Assembly: GCA_943704415.1 (NCBI GenBank) | Contig: CALSCO010001030.1 | Coordinates: 1-64,000 of the forward strand | DNA length: 64,000 nucleotides | Source of the DNA: Parvularia atlantis | Lineage: Eukaryota | Direction: 5' to 3' | Part shown: positions 13,399 through 23,335 of the stretch, one piece after another | Layout of the letters: every line of letters starts with the position of its first letter | How positions within the stretch are numbered: the stretch's first letter is position 1 | Notes under the pieces: generated by a model | What the model saw: only the letters and a program-made list of their open reading frames with translations | What the model was told of the DNA's origin: nothing | Databases searched by the model: none | Position numbers and translations under genes: made by a program

Positions 13399-13477
13399 GC
13401 TGCCTCGCCCCACACCACGCTCGGGTGCCGCGACGATTCGTCTGGAAGCGTCTCAAGCTTCCACACCGAGAAGGGCC

Positions 13478-15769
13478 ATGGATGCGCAGCCCGCGCCGCT
13501 CGCGCGCGGCGAGCCCATCAACCTGACGATCCGCACGGCCGCCGCGACGATCCGCGCCGAGACGCCGCTGCTGCACGTGCTGCAGCGCGAGGGGCGGACG
13601 GCCGCGGCCGACGGCGGCACCGCTTCGAGCACGCACAGAGTGGCCGATGTGGCACCTTCACCGGCCAACGACGCATCCTGGCGGCGCCCGCCCGAGCCCG
13701 CCCGGCCCCCGGCGCCTCTGCTTTACTCGCCGCACGACGTCGAGCGCCACTCGGCCGCCGCAGAGCTGCAGAGCATCCATCGCGCTTTCACCGGCGCGGC
13801 CGCGGCCGCCGCACCCGATTTCGCCGCCCAGGGCCATCGCCGCTTCGTGCAGCTGCAGTCGCGCGGTCCGGGGCCCGCCAAGCCCGAGCCGAGGCCGGCC
13901 GCCGCGCCGGGCGGGCCGCGCCCGTTCTCGTTCCAGCGGCCGGTGTACTGGGGCGCCATTGTCAGGCCGCCGACGAGCCCGCTGCCGCCCGTGGTCCCAC
14001 CGCCGCTAGGCAACCGCATCGTCACGGACGTGCGGCGTGCAGCGGACGCTGCCGTGCGCCCGCCGGAGCCGAACGGAGCGTCGCACCCGCCCGCTCGCAG
14101 CCTCGACCGAGACCGCGACCGAGACCGCAGCCGCAGCCGCAGCCGCAGCCGCAGCCTCAGCCGGGGACGCGCCGTGCGGTCGTCCAGCCGCAGCAGCAGG
14201 AGCCCGCTTGGGCAGAGGCGGCGGAGCACGAGCCCGGCCGGCGGCAGCAGCCCGGTCCGCGGCCGCGCGCGCGTCACGCTCCGGGGACGCAGCCACAGCC
14301 GCAGCCCGAGCCGCGGGCGCAGCACCAGCCGCAGCAGGAGCAGGAGTACGAGCCACGGCAGAAGCCGCAGCCGCAGCCGAAGCCGAAGCCGAAGCCGCGG
14401 CCGCGGCCGCACGCACCGGCGCAGCACGAGCTCGGGCAGCCTGAGCCGGCGCAGCTGGAGCAGCCGCAGCCGCAGCTCCAGTCGCAGCCGCAGCCGAAGC
14501 CGCGGCCGACGGAACCGCGGCGGCAGCCGCTCGCCCAGTCGGACACGGACCGCGGCCCCGGAAAAGCCGCCCGCGCCCGCGCCCGCCCCCGCCGCGCCCA
14601 TGATCAGCCCCGCGTTCAAGGCGTCGTTTATGCCAATCTCGCCCGAGGCGCTGATGCCGGCCGCCCTAGTTCCATCGGCCCCGCGAGTCGTCGAAGTTAC
14701 GCGCGGCTTGGACGTGCCGCCACAGCCGCCTTTCATTGTCATACCGCGCCGCGTGAGCTCAAGCTCAAGTGTGCTTCCCGGCGCAACGACTTTGCCCGTG
14801 CCGCTGGCGATGCTTCGGCCACCCGTGCCTCTTGCCATGCTGACGCCGCCTGCGTCGGTGCCGCAGCCCGTGCCGGTGCTGCGGCTGGTGGCGCAGCCGG
14901 GACCGGTGGCGCAGCCGGTGCTGGTGCCGCGCAATGTGTTTGACAGCCCGGATCCGATGGACCTCGGCGAGTCGCTCGTGCTGACGCCCGTGCAGGACAC
15001 CGTCGGGCCACCGCCAACTGCACCGCCGCCGGTCGTCGCACCGCCGAGGCGCGCGCCCGTGCCCGCGATCGTGCTGGACGACGACTTACCGGACAGCGAC
15101 GCGGTGCCGATGGACCTGACCGACACGCCGCCGCCCGCGTCGCCCATGGACAGCGCAGCGATGCCAGAACTGGGGCCGAAGCGCTCGGGCATGTTTGCGC
15201 GGCGCGTCGTCGTCACCAACGGCCGGCGCGAGTCTGTCAGCGAAGCTGCCGAGCGCGCCGCTGCCGACAGTGCCGCCGCTGAGCACCTGACTGAAAGCGC
15301 AGCAGCTGCCGAGCGCACCCTTGCGCCGTCACTTGGCCTGGCAATGGCGACCACGGATGAGGCGCCCGAACCCAGCGCTGCGAAGCCAACGCCGGCCGTC
15401 GAGAGCACCACCACCGCGACAGCCAGCACGATCGCTGCCCCAGGCCCCCCAAGGCCACGCCGGAAGCGTGTCGCGCTCACGGCTCAGCGATGCGCCAACG
15501 ACAGTAACTTTTACGTCGACTTGTTCCGCCAGGCGTTGCACCTGCGCGCGCAGCAGGGCGCGCCGCCGCCCGACGCCGCGCACGTCGTGCTGAGCATCGA
15601 CGGGTACGTCTGGTACGAGTACAACCCGGCAGACCTCCACCGGGCGTTGGAAGAGCGCCTGGACGAGCGCCAGCGCCTAATCGTCCTGGCCAAGCGCGAG
15701 CTCGCGCGGCTAAGGAGCGCCTCGCGGACGGCGAGCGCGGAAGCTAGACCGTCTACTAGCCAATCTTAA
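13478..15769 (+). CDS. Intronless Pro-rich protein with a long RS/RD dipeptide domain (763 aa from ATG 13478)
   Basis: Uninterrupted ORF with RDRDRDRSRSRSRS...; the only globular-looking part is the C-terminus (NFYVDLFRQAL...VVLSIDGYVWYEYNPADLHRALEERLDERQRL). The upstream part of track ORF 12443-15769 is antisense to RTF1. Confidence 0.7.
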   Translation: MDAQPAPLARGEPINLTIRTAAATIRAETPLLHVLQREGRTAAADGGTASSTHRVADVAPSPANDASWRRPPEPARPPAPLLYSPHDVERHSAAAELQSIHRAFTGAAAAAAPDFAAQGHRRFVQLQSRGPGPAKPEPRPAAAPGGPRPFSFQRPVYWGAIVRPPTSPLPPVVPPPLGNRIVTDVRRAADAAVRPPEPNGASHPPARSLDRDRDRDRSRSRSRSRSLSRGRAVRSSSRSSRSPLGQRRRSTSPAGGSSPVRGRARVTLRGRSHSRSPSRGRSTSRSRSRSTSHGRSRSRSRSRSRSRGRGRTHRRSTSSGSLSRRSWSSRSRSSSRSRSRSRGRRNRGGSRSPSRTRTAAPEKPPAPAPAPAAPMISPAFKASFMPISPEALMPAALVPSAPRVVEVTRGLDVPPQPPFIVIPRRVSSSSSVLPGATTLPVPLAMLRPPVPLAMLTPPASVPQPVPVLRLVAQPGPVAQPVLVPRNVFDSPDPMDLGESLVLTPVQDTVGPPPTAPPPVVAPPRRAPVPAIVLDDDLPDSDAVPMDLTDTPPPASPMDSAAMPELGPKRSGMFARRVVVTNGRRESVSEAAERAAADSAAAEHLTESAAAAERTLAPSLGLAMATTDEAPEPSAAKPTPAVESTTTATASTIAAPGPPRPRRKRVALTAQRCANDSNFYVDLFRQALHLRAQQGAPPPDAAHVVLSIDGYVWYEYNPADLHRALEERLDERQRLIVLAKRELARLRSASRTASAEARPSTSQS
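14105..14545 (+). repeat. Coding CGCAGC/CGAAGC hexamer repeats (RS domain)
   Basis: Multiple tandem ccgcag runs. Confidence 0.85.
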
Positions 15770-15773
15770 CGTG

Positions 15774-16873
15774 ATGTACACTTTGTCGCTTGCAAAAGTC
15801 GCGCCTGTCATCAACCTCGTTGAGCCGAAGGCGCATGCGCGTCTTTTCGTGCACCTGGGGCTGCAGCGGTGCGGCCGGCAGCGCGTCGGTCCGGGCCTTC
15901 GCCTGGACCGTCGCGGCCGACCACACCGCCCGCCCCGCTGGCGCCGCAGCGTCCTCCGCCCCGGTGCGCCGCGCGGCGCGAACGGCCCGGCGCGCCCTCA
16001 CACGCCCGGCGCAGCGCGTTGAGGACCTCCGCCGAGCCCGCGCCCCTGCGCGCCCCCACCGCCACCGCGCGGCCAAGCGCTCGCGCTGCGCTCCTGCGCC
16101 GTCCCCGCCGGCCGCGGTATTCCGGTGGGGCACGCGCTTGCTCGGCCGGCAACCAGGCTGACACGCGCTGTCGCAGCCCGGCCGACTTCCCGCCGCTGCC
16201 GTCGCGCGCCGCGCCCACCGCCCCGCGCGCCGCCCCCGCCCCGGCCGCCCCGCCCGCACGGCCCGTCGCCGTCGCGCAGCTCGTCAAGGCCGCGCCGCCA
16301 GCCGACGTCGCACAACGCCCCTACAGCCAGGTCGCCGGCGCCGCCGACTCGCACCGCGCGGCCCTGGCCGCCGCCTCGGCCGCCGCTGCCGCTGCCCGCG
16401 CCCCGCTGCCCGCGACACGCCTCGCGCCGCTCACGCGCAAGCTCGTGCGCGTCATCCGCGACGACCTCGCGTGCGTCCCCGCGCCGCCCGTGCGCCCGTC
16501 GCCCGCGACCGTCTCTGCGCCGGCGGCGGCACCGCTGCCCGCCCGCCCGCGCGCACTGCGTTCGCTCCCGCGCGCTGTCACGCTCTTCCGTGCGCGCCAC
16601 CGTCACGTCGCGTGCGTGCGTCGCCTCGCGCCGAGTGCCTTCCTCTCGCGGCGCCTCATTCAGGTGCGCGCAAGGTTGCATTGCTGTGCGCTCAGCACTC
16701 ATCTGCCGCAGCGCATGGTCCGCGCCACGACGTCCACCGCGCTGCTGCGCCAGTACAACTTGCTGCGCCCGTCGTGGGCGCTCGTCGGTGCGGCGCCTCC
16801 GGCTCTGTGAGCGGCCCGACTGACCGCACACGCGCGCACAGACGGCGGCTGGCGCCCGCAGGCCGCTTGCTGA
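15774..16873 (+). CDS. Pro/Ala-rich hypothetical protein, multi-exon; start uncertain
   Basis: Phase-consistent introns near 15963, 16117, 16664 and 16788; ends ...LLRPSWALV/DGGWRPQAAC* (TGA 16871-16873). Confidence 0.45.
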
Positions 16874-16921
16874 GCCTCTCCCTCTCGTGCATCCATTTGC
16901 CTACCCCTGACCTACTCGACC

Positions 16922-19142
16922 ATGCAAGCCCACATCAACCCGTCCCTCGCCGAAGTCACCCGCCGCCTGCTCGACGGCGAGGGCAACATGATCCCCGTCT
17001 TCCGCCAGCTCAACGCCGACCTGCTCACGCCCGTGTCGGTGCGTGCACACAGCCGTCGCTGCCGCTGCGGCAGTGCACTCACCGCCGTCCGTGCCAGGCC
17101 TACCTTAAGATCGCCAAGGGCGCCACGCACTCGTTCCTGCTTGAGTCGATCGCGGGCGGCGAGCGCGTGAGCCGCTACTCGTTCATCGGCGCCAACCCGC
17201 GCAAGATCATCGCCACCGGTCCGAACGAGGCGGTGCAGGGTGCGCCGAGCCACCGTCACGCTGCAAGATGGCGCCGCTCAGACGCGCGTGTGGCGCAGGC
17301 GACCCGCTCGCCGTGCTGGAGCCGCTGCTGCGCGACGTGCGCTACATGCGCGTGCAGGGCCTGCCCGCGTTCACTGGCGGCGCCGTCGGCTACATTTCGT
17401 ACGACTGCGTGCGGCACTTTGAGCCGCGCACGGTACGCCCGCTCAAGGTGCGCAGCGCGCATGTCCCCCCGCGCACCGGTGTGACGCACGCTCGCACGCG
17501 GCGCAGGACGTGCTGCAGATCCCCGAGGCCGTGCTCATGTTCTGCGACACGATCATCGTCTTTGACCACGCGTGGCAGACGATCAAGGTGGGTGCGCACA
17601 GGCTCTGCTGTACTGAAAGGCTTGCTCACGCGCGCCGCGTTCCAGGTCGTCGCGCACGTCTCGCACAACGCCACTGCAGGCACCGACCGCGCTGCCAGCG
17701 AGACCGCCATCGCCGAGGCGTACGCGCAGGCGTCCACAGCGATCGACACGCTGCTGCGCGCACTGCAGGACCCGCACGTGCCGCTGCCACAGCAGGGCAC
17801 CGTAACGTCAAGCCCCGAGGTGGGCGACGACGCGCTGCGACTTGGCTTCACGCTGACTGCGCCGTGCAGCCCGTCTCGAACGTCGGGCAGCAGGGCTACG
17901 AGGACATTGTGCGCAGCCTTAAGCACTTTATCCACGAGGGCGACATTATCCAGGCCGTGCCGTCGCAGCGCCTCGGTGTGCCCTCGCTTGTGCTGCTCAC
18001 GCCGGGCTCATCCGCTCGCGCCGTCAGCACGCCCGACCGAGCTGCACCCGTTCAACCTGTACCGACACCTGCGCTGCGTTAACCCGTCGCCGTACATGTT
18101 CTACGTCGACCTGAAGGACTTCCAGCTGATCGGCGCGTCGCCTGAGGCCATGGTCAAGGTCAGCGCCGACGGCCACTGGCGACGTCGGCGGTCTGACGCG
18201 CCCGGGCCACGCAGGTCACCAACGGCGAGGTCGAGACCCACCCGATCGCGGGCACACGCCGACGCGGCCGCACGCCCGAGGAGGACGTCGCGCTCGAGAA
18301 AGAGCTGCTCGCGGACGAAAAGGTGGCGGCGTGGTGCACCGGCAGCCTCGCTGACGCCGCCACCGTACGCAGGAGCGCGCTGAGCATATCATGCTCGTCG
18401 ACCTCGGCCGCAACGACGTCAACCGCGTCTGCGTGCCGTCTACCGTGCGCGTGGAGGACCTGATGCACGTGCAGCGCTTCTCGCACGTCATGCACATCGT
18501 CAGGTGCGCCTCCGCCCGGCGACACGCGGACGCCGCTCACATCGCGCTGGCGCATGCACGCGCAGTCGCGTGCTCGGCCAACTGCGCGCGGAGTGCACGC
18601 CGTTCGACGCCTTCCGCTCGATCTTCCCGGCCGGGACCGTGTCGGGCGCGCCGAAGGTCAGTCGCGTGCGGCATGCGCCCTCACACAGGAAGCGTTGACC
18701 CGACCGGCCGCAGATCCGCGCGATCGAGCTCATCAGCGAGCACGAGAAGGAGTGCCGCGGGGTCTACGCCGGCGCAGTCGGCTACTTTAGGTGCGCGCAG
18801 CCGCCAGTTCGCGCGATCTGCTCACGCGGTGGGCGCCGGCCCAGCTACTCGGGCGACATCGACACGTGCATCGCCATCCGCACGATCCTGCACAAGAACC
18901 GCACGCTGTACCTGCAGGCCGGTGCGGGCATCGTCTTCGACTCGGACCCGACGGCCGAGTACGAGGAGACGATTGCGAAGCTCAACGCGAACCTGGCTGC
19001 CATTCGCTCGGCAGAGCAGACGTACGCGGCACCGCTCGGTGCGTCGCGCGTGCCTGTGCGTGCGCTGGCACGCTGACGGTGCGCAGAGGGCGAGCAGGAC
19101 GGCTCGTCGGCCAGCAAGCGCCGGAAGCAGTCGCGCAAGTAG
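16922..19142 (+). CDS. trpE: Anthranilate synthase component I (TRP2/TrpE)
   Basis: DLLTPVS/AYLKI...[101 protein letters not shown]; last exon ...SKRRKQSRK* (TAG 19140-19142). Confidence 0.96.
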
Positions 19143-19153
19143 ACACGCCCACC

Positions 19154-20014
19154 ATGGCAGCGGTCCACAACGGCGGCAGCAGCGGCGAGCGCGCCGCCCC
19201 GCGCGTGCTGCTGATCGACAACTACGACAGCTTCACGTGGAACGTCTACCAGTACCTCGAACTGGCGGGGGCGCGTGTGACCGTGCACCGCAACGACAAG
19301 GTGCGCGCGGAGTCGCACCCAACGTCGGCTAGCTCATCGTTGTTGCGACAGATTACCGTGCAAGAGTGCGAGGCGCTCCAGCCGACCCACATCGTCATCT
19401 CGCCAGGGCCCGGCCGCCCAGCCGACGCCGCCGTGTCGAACGACGTGATCCGCACGTTCGCGGGGCACGTGCCCATCCTCGGCGTGTGCCTGGGCGAGCA
19501 GTGCATGTACGAGCTGTACGGCGGCGTGGTGCGTGTGCGCGCGGGGGTTCGACGCCCGCCGACATCAACGCGCAGGTGACCTACGCCGGCGAGATCAGGC
19601 ACGGCAAGACCGCGCCCGTGTCGCACGACGGCCGCGGTGTGTTCAAGAACGTGCCGGACAACATCGAGATCATTCGGTACCACTCGCTCGCCGGTGCGCA
19701 TCGCGTGCAAGCGGTGTCGGCGCTCTCGCTGACGTGCGCTGACCGCAGGGGACCCGGCGACGCTGCCTGCCGTGCTGGAGATCACAGCGCGCACGGCCAA
19801 CGGCATCGTCATGGGCGTGCGGCACCGCGAGCTGATCGTCGAAGGCGAGCGCGCACGAGGGCACACGCCGTGTGCGCAGGCTGACGAGACACGCACAGGC
19901 GTGCAGTTCCACCCCGAGTCGATCAAGAGCGAGGGCGGCCTGACAATGTTTAGGAACTTTTTGAGCTGGTCCGGCGGGCGCTGGAAGGATCTGCCGCCAA
20001 GCGCGTCATTCTGA
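19154..20014 (+). CDS. trpG: Anthranilate synthase component II, glutamine amidotransferase (TrpG)
   Basis: [62 protein letters not shown] in gcccaccATGG context; TGA 20012-20014. Confidence 0.96.
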
Positions 20015-20072
20015 GCGTATGCGCGGGTCCTGCGGTCTGAGCGCTCAAGCTAACCGCGGGCGCAGACGACCG

Positions 20073-21236
20073 ATGGCGCAGCCGACCATTCTCGAGCGCA
20101 TCGTGCAGCAGCGGCGGCTCGACGTGGCCGCTGCCAAAGAGCGCGAGCCGCTCGAGGCGCTACGTGTGCGCGTCACGACGTCGGCTCCGGCGGCAATCGA
20201 CTTTCACGCGCGGGTGCGGCAGCGATTGCGTCGCGATGAGCACCTCGCTCATGCGCAGCCTCTCGCCAGCTTCTGCGCGCCGTGCAGCCGCCAGCGAGCC
20301 ACGTCGCCGTGATTGGCGAGATCAAGCGCGCGTCGCCGTCCAGAGGAGGCACGTCGCGGTGGTGGGCCTCCAGATGCGCAGCCGCGCTCACACACCGCGC
20401 GCCCGCAGACATCGCACCGGGAGCCGATGCGCTGGCCACTGCCCTGACATATGCGCACGCGGGTGCGGCCGCGATCTCGGTCCTCACCGAGCCGACGTGG
20501 TTCAAGGTGCGCTGCGCACGCTGCTGCTGCCGCGCTGCACCGCGACACTCACGGGATGGGCAGGGCCACCTCGAGGACCTGCGGGAGGCGCGCGCGGCTA
20601 TCGAGCGCAAAGTTGGCGCCGACGCGCGCCCGGCGTTCTTGCGGAAGGACTTTATCGTTGACGAGTACCAGGTCGCGTCTTGGGAGCCCCATTTACTCGG
20701 CCCGCTGAGCGTGCGCGCCCAGGTGCTCGAGGCGCGTGTCGCCGGCGCCGACACGGTGCTGCTGATCGTCGCGTGCCTGTCGGACGACGAGCTGCGCGAG
20801 TTGATGCGCACGTCCCGCGCCCTGGGTATGGAGCCGCTGGTGGAGGTAAACAACGCCGACGAGGTGTGTGCATGCGACCTGTGCGGCATAAGCATGCTGA
20901 CGGCCGGACGCAGATGCGGCGCGCGCTGGCGCTGGGCTCGCGCGTGATCGGCGTCAACAACCGCAACTTGCACAGCTTCACGGTTGACATGAACACGACG
21001 TCGTCGCTGGTGCGGTGTCCTGCGGTGCGCCGCGCTCGCGCTGACGCCTGCCCGGCCAGGCCGAAATGATCTCGCGGGACGGCGACGTGGTGCTCGCGGC
21101 GCTGTCGGGCATCACCGGCCGCGCCGACGTGGCCGCGTACGAGGCGCAGGGCGTGCGCGCGGTGCTCGTGGGCGAGGCGCTCATGCTGGCGGCCGACAAG
21201 GCCGCGTTCATCCGCGGTCTGCTCACGGCAACATGA
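20073..21236 (+). CDS. trpC: Indole-3-glycerol-phosphate synthase (TrpC)
   Basis: [94 protein letters not shown] 21234-21236. Confidence 0.95.
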
Positions 21237-22235
21237 CGTTGGTCAAGATCTGCGGCGTGCGCGGCGAGGACGGTGCACGCCCGCCTGCGCCGCGTGCTGC
21301 CCTGCTGGTCGCTGAACATCTGCGCAGCGGCTGTCACTGCAGCCGACGCCGGCTGTGACCTCATCGGCCTGATCTTCGCCGTCTCCAAGCGGCAGGTGGC
21401 CCTCGCGACGGCGCAGGGCATCGCTGCGCGCGTGCGGTCGCCGAACGAGCGTGGCACGGCGCAGCTCGACGACACATCGTACACCGCAGCGGCGCGCTCG
21501 CTGACCGCCGAGCGGATGCGGCTGGGGCGGCCGCTGCTGGTCGGCATCTTTGCGGACCAGCCCGCGGAGCATATCAACGAAATTGCGGGTGCGCCAGCCG
21601 CGCGCGCCGTCGTGTGTGTGCGTGCGGATGCTGACCGGGCGCCCCGCGCAGAGGCCGTGCCGCTCGACCTGGTGCAGCTGCACGGGCTGCACGAGCCCGT
21701 GGACATGCCGGCAAAGGTGCTCGCGAGGTCTGGTGGGCACGGGCGCTGACGGTGCGCGCGTGCAGATCGTGCGGCCGTGCCTGCGCGCGCTGCACGTGCT
21801 CCCGGACGACACGGCGGCGACGGTGCGAGAGCGGTGCGTTGGCTGGAGCAGGAGGAGGTTGTGCTCGCGCTCATCGGTCACACAGGCTGCGCGCGCACGA
21901 GGGCCACGCCGCGCTAAGCCTGCTGGACACGGGTGTCAAGGGCTCTGCGGTACAGGGCGGGAGCGGCAAGGGTGCGCGCGTGCGATGCCGCTCACTGCTG
22001 CCACCGATCTTTGCCGCGCGCAGAGTTTGACTGGTCAATCGCCGCCGAGCTCGCGCGCGAGGGCTTCCCGTTCCTGCTCGCGGGCGGGCTGACGCCGACG
22101 ACGGTCGCGAGCGCTGTGGTGCAGGTGCGGCCGCTGGGCGTGGACGTGTCGAGCGGGGTCGAGGACGCGGCGACGGGACAGAAGGACCTTGGCAAGATTT
22201 GCGCGTTTGTAGCCGCCGCTGCTGTGTCTCGGTGA
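21233..22235 (+). CDS. trpF: Phosphoribosylanthranilate isomerase (TrpF)
   Basis: [40 protein letters not shown]...[26 protein letters not shown]...[10 protein letters not shown]. Its ATG overlaps the trpC stop (ATGA). Confidence 0.94.
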
Positions 22236-22250
22236 TCGATCGCGCACCAC

Positions 22251-23321
22251 ATGCTCGTGCACAGCGCGCGCCTGGTGGTGCCCGAGGGCGCGGCGAGCGC
22301 CGTGCGCCTGGCGGTGCGCGTGGGCGTGCCGAGCGTTCCCGGGCCGCGAGCCGCGACAGCGCTGATCATCGCGCATCCGTGGGGGCGCGTGCCGGCTGCG
22401 CGCTCTGCCTCGTCTCGGCTTCTGACGCGCGATGCGCGCCCCGACAGCCCGCTCGGCGGCAACGCCGACAACAACGTCGTCCAGGCCGTGTTTGGGCACT
22501 TTGGGCAGCTTGGGTACACGGTCGCGTGCTTCGACATGCGGTGCGGCGTGGCGCGTGTGGCGATGCGCGATGATGGCGCGGGCTGATCGACGGCGTGCAG
22601 GGGCGCAGGCGCGTCGACCGGCTCGACGTCGTGGACCGGTGCGGCGGCGCACGCGAGCTGCGTGCCGACGGGTGGCATCGCTCACGCGGACGCGGCGCGC
22701 GCGCAGGCGCAAGCGAGGCCGAGGACGTGCGCGCCATTGTGCGGTACGTGCTGAGCGCGCAGGCCGGCACGGCCACGCCGGTCGAGCGCATCGTGCTCTG
22801 CGTGCGTGCGCCACACGCGCGCGCGGCACTGCACCGCTGAGCGTGCCCGGACGCGCGCACCAGGGCTACTCGTACGGCGCCGCCGTCTCGGGCATGGTCG
22901 TCGACGAGTTCCCGCAGATCGTCGGCTACGTCGCGATCGCGTACCCGTTCAGCGTGCTGTGGTCGGTGCCGCGCACCCCGCGGACGGTCCGCCGCTCACG
23001 CGACGCACCGCGCAGGTTCCTCACCTCGCTCACGCACGGCGCGGTCCTGGCGAGGGCGCGCACAGCCAAGCCCAAGCTGTTTGTCCAGGTGTTGCTGATG
23101 CGCGCTTGCTGGCCGCAGCAGCGACTGAGCCCAGAACGGCGGCCGCGCAGGGCGACTGCGACAACTTCACGGGCCGGTCGAGCTACACGTACTACCTCAA
23201 CTCGTTTGCGCAGCCGCTGCAGGTCGAGTGGATCGACGGCGCCGACCACTTCTTCTGGAGCCGCGAGAAGCAGGTGGTGCGCGCGATCGAGCAGTGGCTG
23301 CAGACGGCGTGTCGCCTGTAA
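22251..23321 (+). CDS. Alpha/beta-fold hydrolase
   Basis: AHPW/.PLGG, FDMR/GAGASTG, nucleophile GYSYG, GDCDNFT (Asp), GADHFF (His). Confidence 0.88.
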
Positions 23322-23335
23322 AACAAAGCTGACCC

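Noticed and set aside
12443..13477. N-terminal third of the 1108-aa track ORF
   Set aside because: It is antisense to RTF1 exons and open only because of high GC content.
13723..15480. 585-aa minus-strand ORF and other long antisense ORFs (e.g. 27656-29116, 31828-32931)
   Set aside because: Shadows of real GC-rich genes on the opposite strand, with no motifs.
20012..20014. Genome-wide TGA reassignment (Trp or Sec)
   Set aside because: TGA terminates many conserved genes at the expected positions, conserved Trp residues use TGG, and no internal TGA was needed in any model.
16922..22235. Recent horizontal transfer of a bacterial trp operon
   Set aside because: The genes have host-like intron density and fungal-type sequence features, and trpD, trpB and trpA are absent. 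An ancient transfer cannot be excluded without trees.
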